From contig JAPDFW010000085.1 of the NCBI GenBank assembly GCA_028826165.1, forward strand, positions 62,001-126,000: a stretch of 64,000 nucleotides of DNA, read 5' to 3'. Source of the DNA: Anaeramoeba ignava BMAN (taxonomy: Eukaryota > Protista > Anaeramoebae). The position numbers and the translations under genes were made by a program. Shown here one piece after another: positions 13,607 through 26,600 of this stretch (the first letter of the stretch is position 1; every line of letters begins with the position of its first letter). Under the pieces are notes generated by a model. That model saw only the letters and a list, made by a program, of their open reading frames with translations. It ran no database searches and had not been told where the DNA came from.

Positions 13607-14582
13607 TCAAATATTTTCTCGAATTTTTGTTTTGCAAATAGGGCAAGTATCATGATTATTTAACCAAGGATCAATACAACTAAATATTTCAAAAAAAAAT
13701 CAAAAATTATAGTTTTTTTAGAATTAATTATAATTGAATAGAAATATTTTTAGATAAAGATAAAAATGTTTAATTACCTTTTATGAAAGAAATGAAGACA
13801 AGGAAGTATTCTTAATTTTTCTGATTCTTGAAAACTTTCTAAACAAATTGGACAATTTCTATCAAAATTAAAATTATTAAAATTAAAATAAAAAATTATA
13901 ATTGAAATTGAAATTAAAATTAAAATTAAAATTACTTTTGTTGAGAAATCTCTGATTGATGATATTTAAATGTTGGAAGTTGAGCAAAAATTTCATTTGT
14001 ATTTAAGTTTCTGTTTTGAGAATTACCAAATCTAATATTTGAATTTTGTTGAAAATTTTGATAATTTAATGGATTTGGATAATTAGGTTCATTTGATTGA
14101 TTTTGGAAATTTTGAGAATTTTGAAATTGATTTTGGAAATTTGGTTGATTTTGAAATTGATTTTGAAATTGATTTAGAAATTGATTTAGAAATTGATTTG
14201 GATTTTGATTTTGATTTTGATTTTGAAATTGATTTTGAAATGGATTTAGAAATTGATTTGGATTTTGAAATTGATTTTGAAATGGATTTTGATTTTGATT
14301 TTGATTTTGATTTTGATTTTGAGTTTCATTTTGAGTTTCATTTTGATTTAATTGAGGAATTATTCGAGGATTAGAATCATAAATTAAATTTCCATTTAAA
14401 TAAACTGATCCATTGACTACTTGAACTTGTGAATTATTAGGATCAAATCCTTCTAAATTAGAAAGATCTACAACTAAGTTTCCATTGTGATATACTTTAT
14501 CTCCTGATATTAAAATGCTATTTTGTGTTACTCCATTAGAATTTGTACTGTTGGATGATTGAAAAGAAAAAGAAAAACTCAT
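13607..14582 (-). CDS. RING-H2 E3 ubiquitin ligase, tandem copy 2 (3 exons, internally shorter)
   Basis: Near-identical N-terminus and RING exons to copy 1, but lacks the segment equivalent to about 12130-12460. Confidence 0.88.
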
Positions 14583-15069
14583 TTTTATTTATTTTAATAA
14601 ATATATTTGTATTTTTAAAAGAAAAAAAAAAAAGAGAAAATGGGAAAAAAAATGAAAAATAAAAAAATGAAAAAAAAATTTAAAATCGGAAAAAAATAAA
14701 ATTTCATTTTTTAATTTTTAATTTATAATTTTTAATTTATAATTTATTCTGAAATAAAAGTATTTTTAATTTCCCTTTTATTATTTAAATTAAATTTAAT
14801 TTAATTTAATTTTTTATTTTTTAAAATTTTAGTTAGAAAAGAATCAAAATGAAAATGAAAATGAAAATCAAATTAAAAACAACTTAATTTAAATCCAAAT
14901 CAAGAAAATTGAAACGAAAATCAAAATCAAAATGAAAATCAAAATCAAAATCAAAATCAAAATCAAAATCAAAATGAAAATGAAAATGAAAATGGAAATT
15001 TAGATTGAATTTATCATTTCAAATTTAAAAAAAAATATTCAAAAAAAAAAAAACAGGAAAAAGAATGTT

Positions 15070-15160
15070 TCAAATATTTTCTCGAATTTTTGTTTTAAAA
15101 ATAGGACAAGTATCATGATTATTTAACCAAGGATCAATACAACTAAATATTTCAAAAAAA
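15070..15160 (-). pseudogene. Remnant third copy of the RING-H2 gene (last exon only)
   Basis: Reads CIDPWLNNHDTCPIFKTKIRENI*, with the last Zn-ligand Cys codon changed to TTT. Upstream exons are absent. Confidence 0.8.
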
Positions 15161-15280
15161 AATAATTTTGGTTCTTCTTTTTTCGAAAATAAAATTTCAT
15201 TTAAAAATAAAAGGGAAACTAATTTTTATTATTTTTGTTTTATGGTTTTAAAATTTTTGAATTATAAAAAGAGAATTTAA

Positions 15281-16962
15281 TTAATCTTCTTTCTTTTCTT
15301 CTTCTTTCTTTTCTTCTTCTTTCTTTTCTTCTTCTTTCTTTTCTTCTTCTTTTTGATTTTGATTTTCTTGATTTTGATTTTCTTGATTTTGATTTTGATT
15401 TTGATTTTGATTTTGATTTTGATTTTGATTTTGATTTTCATTTTCTTGATTTTGATTTTGATTTTGATTTTGATTTTCTTCTTTTTTCTTCTTCTTTTTA
15501 TCTTTTTGATGATGTTGTTTTTCTTCTTTTTTTTCTTCTTGAAGATATCTTTCTTTAAAAACATTTTGTTCCCAAGGAATAAGTGAACCAAAATAGAAAT
15601 GTTGAATAACAGGAAATTTTCCCAAAACTTCTTGTTGGAACATTTTAAACATTCCCGAATTAACTTTACTCCATTTTTTGACAGCAGAAATACTATCCAA
15701 AGTAGGAGAATGTTCAAAAAAAGGACCAGTTTTAACATCCAAAATAAACTTAATTGCATCCAAATATAAATATTCTTGATGAAATTCTTTAACGATTTTG
15801 ATATCATGAATTGATGTTGGTTTAATTGATTCATGTTCAATCAATTGAGCTGAGCCAAATAAATAGGGAAGGAATTGGAAATCATCTAATCCCCAAACTC
15901 CATGTGATCCTGCTGGTTCTAAATTGTAAATAATTTGCACTTTTCTCATTAATTGTAAATATTGATTGAATATTTTCACTATAATTGCTTGGAAATCTTC
16001 TTTTGTGAAAAATCCTATTCGAAAAAGACTGAATAAAAATGCTATAAATGCTAGTTCGTGTCCTGATCCATAATCAATTCTTCTTTCATTTCCAACTGAT
16101 TCGATTAAATATTTTGCAATTTCGATGGAGAATTTCTTGACTTTTTCTTCTATTATTTCTCCAATTAATAACTGGGCATTCTTTATTTCAAATTTTAATT
16201 TTAAATTTAATTTTAATTTTAATTTTAATTTTAATTTTAATTTTATAAATGAATTTTAATTTTAATTTTAATTTTAATTTTAATTTTAATTTTATAAATG
16301 AATTTTAATTTTAATTTTAATTTTAATTTTAATTTTAATTTTAATTTTAATTTTAATTTTAATTTTAATTTTAATTTTAATTTTAATTTTAATTTTAATT
16401 TTAATTTTAATATTAATTTTAATTTTAATTTTAATTTTAATTTTATAAATGAATTTTAATTTTAATTTTAATTTTAATTTTAATTTTAATTTTAATTTTA
16501 ATTTTAATTTTAATTTTAATTTTAATTTTAATTTTAATTTTAATTTTAATTATAATTTTAATTTTAATTTTAATTTTAATTTAAATTTTAATTTTAATAT
16601 TAATTTTAATTTTAATTTTAATTTCAAATTTAAATGAATTTTAATTTCGTTAAAAAAAATGGAAGAAATACTTTAGCAAGTTTTTGAAACCAAACACGAA
16701 AAGATTTATTTCCAAATCTTCTTGGTTGATTTGAAGGAGGAATTTGATCAACCCATTGACTCATTAAATCCAAAATTTTTGAAATTTTTAAAACATTTTC
16801 ACTAACAAAACATTCATCAGAATTTTTTTTCTTTATAACACTTTTATTTAATTCTCTAATAAATCCTGTTAAATAAAAATATGCATCTGTTTTGAACCAT
16901 TCATTTAATAGATCGGGGGTAGAAATTTTTTTTACAGGTTCAATAAATTGAGTTGGAATCAT
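15281..16962 (-). CDS. PTPA: PP2A phosphatase activator PTPA (Rrd1/Rrd2 family), 2 exons
   Basis: Motifs RRFGNKSFRVW, RIDYGSGHEL, YNLEPAGSHGVWGLDDFQFLPYLFGS, GPFFEHSP, EVLGKFPVIQH. Intron 16181-16671 is (TTTTAA)n. Confidence 0.96.
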
Positions 16963-17064
16963 GTTTAAAGTAAAAAAAAATTGAAAAAAATTGAAAAAAA
17001 ATGAAAAAAATGAAAAATGAAAAATGAAAAAAAAAATATTTTTAAACAACAATTTTAATTCCAC

Positions 17065-17500
17065 ATTTATTTATTTAATCAAAATTTAGAAATAAATTTA
17101 TAAATAATTCTATATTTATTTATTTAATCAAATTTTAGAAATAATTCTATATTTATTTATTTAATCAAATTTTAGAAATAAATATATATTTATTTATTTA
17201 ATCAAATTTTAGAAATGAATATATTAATAATTCTATATTTATTTATTTAATCAAAATTTAGAAATAAAAATATTAATAATTCTATATTTATTTATTTAAT
17301 CAAATTTTAGAAATAAAAATATTAATAATTATATATTTATTTATTTAATCAAAATTTAAAATAAATTATATATTTATTTATTTAATCAAATTTTAGAAAT
17401 AAATATATTAATAATTTTATATTTATTTATTTAATCAAATTTTAGAAATAATTATATTAATAATTCCATATTTATTTATTTAATCAAAATTTGGAAATAG
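17065..17500. repeat. Intergenic minisatellite, about 10 copies of a 29-bp core ATTTATTTATTTAATCAAAWTTTAGAAAT with AT linkers
   Basis: Visible tandem units of about 37-50 bp between divergent PTPA and WDR33. Confidence 0.88.
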
Positions 17501-17601
17501 AAATATTTTTTCATTTTTTCATTTTTCATTTTTCATTTTTTTCATTTTTCATTTTTTTTCTTTTTGTTTTCAATTTATTTAAATAAATAATAAATAAAAT
17601 A

Positions 17602-19613
17602 ATGGCTTATCGAGAATTTGAAGAATCAGATACACATTTTCATTCAGAAAGAGAACATAGAGGATATGATGGAAGAAGAATAAGACAACCAGTGCAAAGA
17701 AGACCAGTAGATTATGGAACTCCAATTGTTAAATATATGGAAAAAAGAATTTTTTATAATCTTTATGATCCAAATGATATGCAACCAATTCCAAAAGTTG
17801 ATAGTTTTGCAAAATCTGAAGTTCTTCCTGTTTTTATTCCTACTCTTGATCCTATTGAAAATTTACCTACTCGTTATGTTCATAGTTCTGTTAATAAAGA
17901 TAAATGCCCTATAAATGTTGTTTCTGTAAATAATAAATATTAAATATTAAATAATAAATAATAAATATTAAATAATAATAAATATTAAATAATAAATATT
18001 AAATAATAAATAATAAATATTAAATATTAAATATATTAAATAATAAATAATAAATATTAAATATTAAATATTAAATATTAAATATAATATTAAATATTAA
18101 ATATTAAATATTAAATATTAAATATTAAATATTAAATATTAAATAATAAATATTAAATATTAAATATAAATTGATAAATATTAAATAATAAATATTAAAT
18201 ATTAAATATTAAATGAAATATTAAATATGAAATAATAAATAATAAATATTAAATAATAAATAATAAATAATAAATATTAAATAATAAATAATAAATATTA
18301 AATAATAAAAATAATTAAATATGAAATATTAAATATGAAATATTAAATATGAAATATTAAATATGAAATATTAAATATTAAATATTAAATATTAAATATT
18401 AAATAATAAATATTAAATATTAAATAATAAATATTAAATAAATATTAAATAATAAATAATAAATATTAAATATTAAATATTAAATAATAAATATTAAATA
18501 TTAAATAATAAATATTAAATAATATTAAATATTAAATAATATTAAATATTAAATATTAAATAATAAATATAAATTGATAAATTGATAAATTGATAAATTG
18601 ATAAATTAATAAAAAAATAGTTTACACCAGAAGCACGTAGATTAATAACAGGAACATCAAAAGGAGAACTAACATTATGGAACGGATTATGTTTCAAATT
18701 CGAAACAATACTTCAAGCACACAATTCATCAATCCGAGCATTAAAATGGACGTACGATGGGAATTGGATGATCACATCAGATAACGAAGGAATAATAAAA
18801 TATTGGCAACCAAACATGAACAACGTAAAGGAGTTCCAGACGCCTACACAGAAGGCGATTCGGGGATTGGCATTCAGCCCAACGGACATGAAGTTTGCAG
18901 CAGGTTCAGACGACGCAACAACAAGGATCTACGACTTCGTAACATGCCAGCAAGAGAGAGAATTAACAGGTCACGGTTGGGATGTTCGAGATGTTGATTG
19001 GCATCCCTTCTACAGTTTGCTCGCAACCGGAAGCAAGGAAAATTCAATCAAGTTTTGGGATCCCAGCAGCGGAGCTTTCTGGGGAACTTTCCATAACCAC
19101 AAGAGTACTGTCACAAAAGTAAAGTGGAATTTAGTCAATGGTTACTACTTACTTTCCTCCTCAAGAGATCAACTCATTAAACTTTTTGATATCCGCATGT
19201 TCAAAGAGGTGCAGACATACAAGGGCCACGAAGCAGAGGTGGTCTCTATTGCTTGGCATCCTCTTGATGAAAATATCTTCGTTTCCGGTGATTTAAACGG
19301 AAAAATAAAATTTTGGATCACAACTCAAGATGACCCATTTCCCGTCCAAACAATTGAGGATGCCCATGAAGGAAGTATCTTCGATCTTGCTTGGCATCCA
19401 TTGGGTCATATTCTCTGCTCTGCAAGTAATGACCGCTCTATTAAGTTTTGGTCACGTCACAGGCCAGGAGAACTTAAACTTATTGACCATATTTCTTCTG
19501 ATAGTTTACTTGATGATGAAAAAATTATTTCGCAATCAATTGAAAAAGAGTTTGTAAACCAAATGGAAATAGAAATTGATCAGCAGAAAGAATCTTGCGG
19601 ATTCAACAATTGA
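17602..19613 (+). CDS. WDR33: WDR33/Pfs2/FY polyadenylation factor (WD40), 2 exons; may extend to 19722
   Basis: [32 protein letters not shown]|[56 protein letters not shown]. Intron 17926-18620. Confidence 0.96.
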
Positions 19614-19841
19614 TTCTTCTTTTGTTGATTCTGTTGATGATTCTTTAGATAATCCTGTTATTCCTGGTTTTGTTGGTCATTCTTTAAATTCTTCATTATT
19701 TGGAACAAATAGATTTTTTTGAATAATATTTATTTTGGAAATCAAATCAAAAATTTAAAATCAAAATCAAAAATTTAAATCAAAATTTAAAATTAAAAAT
19801 GAAATTTAAAATAAAATTAAATTAAAAATTAATTTTGAATT

Positions 19842-22800
19842 TTATTTTTGTTCTAAATTTAAATAATTCATCTTCTTTATTTGTACCACATTATAATGAA
19901 TACTACTTGTAATCTTTTTTTCTTGATCTTTTTTCTTCAAAATTATCTCTTTCATTGTTTCACTAAATCGACTTAATATTCCATAAAGCATATAACTTCT
20001 TTTTGCTTGCATTTCAATATTAGAAACAATAAAAGGTTGATAAATAACCCAATTAATTGGATCAATTTTTGTTTCAATTTTCGAAAATAAACTTTGCATT
20101 TCTTCTTTTCCAAAAATAATGATTTTGATTTTTTCAAAGAATTTGTTTTCAATTAAATTTTCATTTTCATTTTCAATTTCATTTTCATTTTCATTATTTT
20201 CATTTTCATTATTTTCATTTTCATTATTTTCATTTTCTTTTGTTAAACCAAAAAGTAGAAAAAGAAACCGAATATCAAATCCAAATTGTAAATTCTGATT
20301 TTCAGAAGAATTTTCAGTAAAAATTTTTGAATTCATAAAATCTGAATAAATACTAAATAATTCTTGATGAAAAACCATGAATATTTGTTTGAGAATTGAA
20401 TCTCCAAGAAAAGCTCCTCCTTTATCAATCACATCCTTGCAGACATGAAATAATATTGTTGTTAAATAACCACTTGGAATAAAAGGAAGCTCAATTGTTT
20501 CCTTAATTTGTTCATCTGCATCATTTTTTCCTTCAATCATTTGCTTCTTCCACAAAAATTTTTGTTCATCTTGATCAAGAAAATCACTCTCAATTTTGGA
20601 TCTTAATTCTTGGCAATGTTTCTTCATTGTTTTCTTTGCCCAAACATAATATCCCAAACGAATACATATTGAAAAATCATCATCCATTTTTTTCCATTCT
20701 TTTTTGAATTGATTTTTCTTTTCAGGAAGAAATTTGATAAAAATCTTTTCCAAAATTCCAATAAAAATTCTTTTGAGAATCGAAGATATTCGAGAAAGGA
20801 TTGTTAATTCATCACAAATCAAATTGTCTGTTTCTTTAAAATCAAAAACATCTTGATTATTGGATAGTAAATTGAAAATTTCTTCTTGAACATGATTAAT
20901 TTTTTGCAAATGATCTTGAATTGAAATTGAATTTGAATTTATATTTGAATTTGAATTTGAATTTGAATTTTTCTTCAGTTGCATTCCTGAAATTTTCTCA
21001 ACAAAATATTCTTGAATCATTGCCAAGAATTTGAATCCTAATAATAATGTTTTTTCTTGGAAAGCTTGAATTACAATTTCGGATATTTTTTCAAAAACAA
21101 ATAGATCATTTAACGATTCAACAAATTTATCCACAATTTCAATTCCTTTATCAAGAATAACTTTTGAATATTCAACAATTCCATTGTCTTCATTTTCAAA
21201 GATCATGTGAGTTGATTTTGTTTTCTGAATTTGAGAGATGAAACGATTGCTTTGCCAAACTTCGGAATCTTGATTTGCTTTAATTGGCAATTTTTTCAGA
21301 ACTTCTGGAACATAATCTGATAAATGGAGAGAATCAAGAATTTGTTGAAGAAAATCTTGTGATGTTTTGATCAAAAGATCCTGGAAAACAATATTCCAAA
21401 TTAAATTCCCCATAAAATGTTCCTCAACACTATATTTTTCATTCCGTTTTTTCTTTGAGAAAATTCCCTGTTTGTATTTATTCTCAGTTTGATGTTTCTG
21501 GTTCTTTTGATTCTGTTTTTGTTTTTGTGATTCAATTCTGAGTTCTTGGCAAATGATCGAAATAAAATTTCCCAGAATTTTCAATGAGTTATTATTGTAT
21601 AATACTTTTAAAAGAGAATCTCGAATTTTCAAACTACATTTTTGAAGCCAATCTTCAAAGCATTCCTTAAGAGTTGTTTGAGAAATAACAACACAATCTC
21701 CATCCAGTTTCAAATAAAGAGAATCAGGATTTTGAGTTGAACTAAATATAGTTGTTGCTGATGAAATGATTCTAAATAAATTGGAACTAATTAATTTGAT
21801 AAATTTGGAATTTTTTTCTTGTTCAGAATCTTTTGAATTTGCTTTGAATTCTTCAATTAAAGTTTCCAATCCAGAAAGTTGATTATCCAAAAAAAGAATT
21901 AAAGCATTTTTTTCTTCTTGAAATTTGAGGTAAACAATTGCAGAAATTGCATCTGAATATTCACTATTTGAAATATTAAGTAATTTCATTTGTGATTGTG
22001 ATTTTTCAATTATTATTCTGAAGTGATCCTGAATAAAATCCCAATATTGTGTAAAGAAATCAAAACTGATTTTTTCAATATTTTCATGTGATTTTTGTTT
22101 TTCTTGAAGATTTTGATAATCTAATGAACTTTTTTTAAATAATTTAGCAGCATTTAAAATTTTGTTTTGATTTAAAAGGTTTATAATCTATTTAAAAAAA
22201 TTTAATTTCAATTTTATAAAAGAATTTTAATTTTAATTTTAATTTTAATTTTAATTTTAATTTTAATTTTAATTTTAATTTTAATTTTAATTTTAATTTT
22301 AATTTTAATTTTAATTTTAATTTTAATATTAATTTTAATTTTAATTTTAATATTAATTTTAATTTTATAAAAGAATTTTAATTTTAATTTAAATTTTATA
22401 AATGAATTTTAATTTTAATTTAAATTTTATAAATGAATTTAAATATTAATTTTAATTTTAATTTTAATTATAATTTTAATTTTATAAAAGAATTTTAATT
22501 TTAATTTTAATTTTAATTATAATTTTAATTTTTAATTTTAATTTTAATTTTAATTACATTTTCTGGAACATTTATTAATTCATTCACTAATTTATTAATT
22601 GAAGATTTAAATAAAAATTTTTGATTTTTTTCTTCTTGAATTAAATTTTGTTCTTTTGAATAAAAATTTTTTTTTGTAAATTGAGAAATTTTATTTGTAA
22701 ATTGTTCTATTGGAACTGATAAACTTTCTGCAATAGTTCTCATATCAGCAATTATATCAACTGAATCAATTAAATTTCTATATCTTCTTGAAACAATATC

Positions 22801-23476
22801 TCTTAATTTTTGTTTTTTTTCTGCAATTGCTTTTCTTTAAATTTATAATTTATGAATTTAATTTTAATTTTTAATTTTAATTTTGATTTTAATTTTAATT
22901 TCAATTTTAATTTTGATATTAATTTTAATATTAATTTTAATTTCAATTTTAAATTTTAATTTTAATTTTGATTTTAATTTTGATTTTAATTTTAATTTTA
23001 ATTTTAATTTAAATTTTAATTTTAATTTAATTTCAAATTTAATTTTGATTTTAATTTTAATTTTAATATTAATTTTAATTTTAATTTTTAATTTTAATTT
23101 TAATTTCAATTTTAATATTAATTTTAATTTTAATATTAATTTTAATTTCAATATTAATTTTAATTTTAATTTTAATTTTAATTTTAATTTTATAAATGAA
23201 TTTTAATTTTAATTTTAATTTTAATTTTAATTTTAATATTAATTTTAATTTTAATTTTAATTTTAATTTTAATTTTAATTTTAATTTTAATTTTGATATT
23301 AATTTTAATTTCAATTTTAATTTTAATTTTAATTTTAATTTCAATATTAATTTTAATTTTAATTTTTACTGAGTTTGTTGATTTAAATCTTGTATTTGTA
23401 AAATTGGAGTTTTTTGAAAAACAGAATGAATATTTGGAAGTGAAAGTGGAGTTTTATTAAAATCAATAAAATCCAT
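19842..23476 (-). CDS. COG1: Conserved oligomeric Golgi complex subunit 1, 3 exons
   Basis: Vps51/COG1-type N-terminus EKKQKLRDIVSRRYRNLIDSVDIIADM and C-terminal KIDPINWVIYQPFI...KRSYMLYGIL. Two (TTTTAA)n introns at about 22190-22557 and 22836-23369. Confidence 0.8.
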
Positions 23477-23611
23477 TGTTATTGTTATTGTTATTATTAT
23501 TATTATTAAAAAAATGAAAAAAAAAAAATAAAAAAAATGAAAAAAATTAAAATTATTTTTTCTTTTCTTTTCTTTTTTCTTTCTTTTATTTTATCTAATT
23601 TCTTTTTATTA

Positions 23612-26600
23612 ATGTCATCAAATCCATTTGAAAAAGATGAAAAATTAAACCAACTTTGGTTTTCCCTTCTTTCTTCAAATTTAAATGAAGTGTGTTAAAT
23701 AATAAAATCCAAAAAAAACAAAAAAAAAAGCAAAATAAAATCTAAAAACAACAAATTTTTTTTGTTAATCCTTCTTTTTCTTTTTCTTTTTTTATTAGAT
23801 AAATGATAAATCTTTTGAATTTTGTTTACTTTTTGATAAGAAATTTAATATTTATACACATTCCAACTTAAATGAAAATGATAATCAAATTTATAATCAA
23901 AATGAAAATGAAAATGATAATCAAAATGATAATGAAAATGAAAATGAAAATGATAATCAAAATGATAATGAAAATGATAATCAAATTTATAATCAAAATG
24001 AAAATGAAAATGAAAATGAAAATGAAAATGATAATCAAAATGATAATGAAAATGATAATCAAATTTATAATCAAAATGAAAATGAAAATTATAATCAAAT
24101 TTATAATGAAAATCAAAATCAAAATCAAAATCAAAATCAAAATCAAAATCAAAATCAAAATCAAAATCAAAATCAAAATCAAAATGATAATCAAAATGAT
24201 AATGAAAATGAAAATGAAAATGATAATCAAAATGATAATCAAAATGAAAATGAAAATGATAATGAAAATGATAATCAAAATGATAATCAAAATAATAATC
24301 AAATTTATAATGAAAATGATAATCAAAATGAAAATCAAAATGAAAATCAAAATTATAATCAAATTGAAAATCAAAATGATAATCAAAATGATAATGAAAA
24401 TCAAAATCAAAATGATAATGAAAATCAAAATCAAATTGAAAATCAAAATGATAATGAAAATCAAAATCAAAATCAAAATCAAAATCAAAATGAAAATGAA
24501 AATGAAAATCAAATTCAAATTGATAATCAAAATCAAAATTATAATCAAAATGAAAATCAAAATGATAATCAAAATGATAATCAAAATGAAAATGAAAATG
24601 AAAATGATAATCAAAATGAAAATCAAAATGAAAATCAAAATGAAAATCAAAATCAAAATCAAAATCAAAATCAAAATCAAAATCAAAATCAAAATCAAAA
24701 TCAAAATCAAAAATAAAATTGATAACCAAAATGAAAATCAAAATCAAATTCAAATTGATAATCAAAATGAAAATAAAATTGAAGATGAAATTAACGAAAT
24801 GGAAGAAAATAATATAAATAATTTCATAAAAAAAGCTCCTTCTAGATTTATTCTTTTTATCTGCAATAATTTAATTTATTCAAAAACTATTCTTCAAGGT
24901 TCTTTTTTTTAAAAAAAACAGTTTTCTCATTTTGGAAATTTATTATTTTTATTATTTATAATTTATTGAATTAATTTAGAAATGGAACAAAATATAAACG
25001 ATATTCAAAAAAGTGAAAAATATATACAAGGTCATAAATCCTTATTCTTTTTACAAATTGTTTTATTGATTTCAAAATCAGAACATAATCAAATTCAATT
25101 AATACAAAATGGGATTTTGGATATTCTTTATAATTTTATCATTATATCAATGCATATTCTCCAAAATATCAAAATTTTAAGAGTAAAAAAAAATATTTAT
25201 AATTTTAGAAACAAAAAATAACAAAAAAATTTACAATTATTAATTTATTAATTTATTAAGGAATCGAATCCTTCACTTTCATTTTATTTATTATTTGAAG
25301 CACAATTTATCATTTCACACATACTCAAAATATTAAATAATTTTTATAAAAAAAGGCAAACAATTACAAATGAAAATTTCAAGATGATCCAAAAAAATAT
25401 AATTCCTTCTTTAGTTGGTAATTAAAAAAAAACAAAAATAAAAGGAAAAGGAAAAGGAAAAGGAAAATAAATTAATTTTAGAATTGAATTTTTCATTTTA
25501 AAATTCATTTCAATAGATTTATTTCATATAAACTCAGATTTAAGAGACTCATACATTTTTACTCATAATCATTATCAAATTCATTCTATTCTTCTTCAAA
25601 ATATTGAAGAAAGTCATCAAATGAAATTAATGGAAAAAAATTCAAAAAGTAAATTTGTTTTAGATCTTTTACGTTATTTCCAAACTCCAAATTTTTCTCT
25701 TCCAAATCTTGGAATTTATAAAGAAAAAGAAACTAATAATAAAATTCAACAAGAAAGTAATGAAATACCAAATTTTTATGTTGATGAACTTCAAGATTAT
25801 TTTCAAACAAATTTTTTTGAATTTGATCCACAAATTACTCAAGAAAAAAGTTCAATAATTTCTGGTAATTTTGCAATTGGAAAAGATGAAAGAATTTATT
25901 CTGAATTAGAATTTCGCTTGTCATCCCTTCATTTTTTTATTAAATTATATTTAGAAGGAGATGTTTTGATTCAAAATATAAATAATATGGATATTTCTTA
26001 TCTTGGAGATTTAATTCTTTGGATTACTTATGTTTATAAATATAATCCTTCAAAAAATCAAAATCAAAATGAAAATCAAAATCAAAATCAAAATCAAAAT
26101 CAAAATCAAAATCAAAATCAAAATCAAAATCAAAATCAAAATCAAAATCAAAATCAAAATCAAAATCAAAATCAAAATCAAAATCAAAATCAAAATCAAA
26201 ATCAAAATGAAAATCAAAATCAAAATCAAAATCAAAATCAAAATCAAAATCAAAATCAAAATCAAAATCAAAATCAAAATCAAAATCAAAATCAAAATCA
26301 AAATCAAAATCAAAATCAAAATGAAAATCAAAATCAAAATCAAAATCAAAATCAAAATCAAAATCAAAATGAAAATCAAATTGAAAAAAAAGAAGTCAAA
26401 TTATATAATCCTTTTTTTGATTCATTTTTTTATATATTCAGAGAATTACAAAACTATCAACCACCAAAAAATAGAAATGGAAATAGAAATAGAAATGGAA
26501 ATGGAAATGGAAATAGAAATAGAAATAGAAATGAGAATAGAAATGAAAATAGAAATGAAAATAGAAATGAAAATAGAAACAAAAGTGAATCATTTAAAAG

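Noticed and set aside
17065-17500. CRISPR-like array (constant 29-bp core with variable linkers)
   Set aside because: Linkers are short, almost purely AT and related to each other, there are no cas genes, and the context is eukaryotic. It is a minisatellite.
18621-19480. Horizontally acquired GC-richer islands (also cyclin B and central XDH)
   Set aside because: These are core eukaryotic genes with host-type introns, and the GC rise is a recurring mid-exon property.
23845-24912. Long ORFs of poly-(IL), (FD) or (IK), here and at 33639-34418, 47835-49226 and elsewhere
   Set aside because: These are alternative-frame or antisense readings of the AATCAA hexamer tracts, not separate genes.
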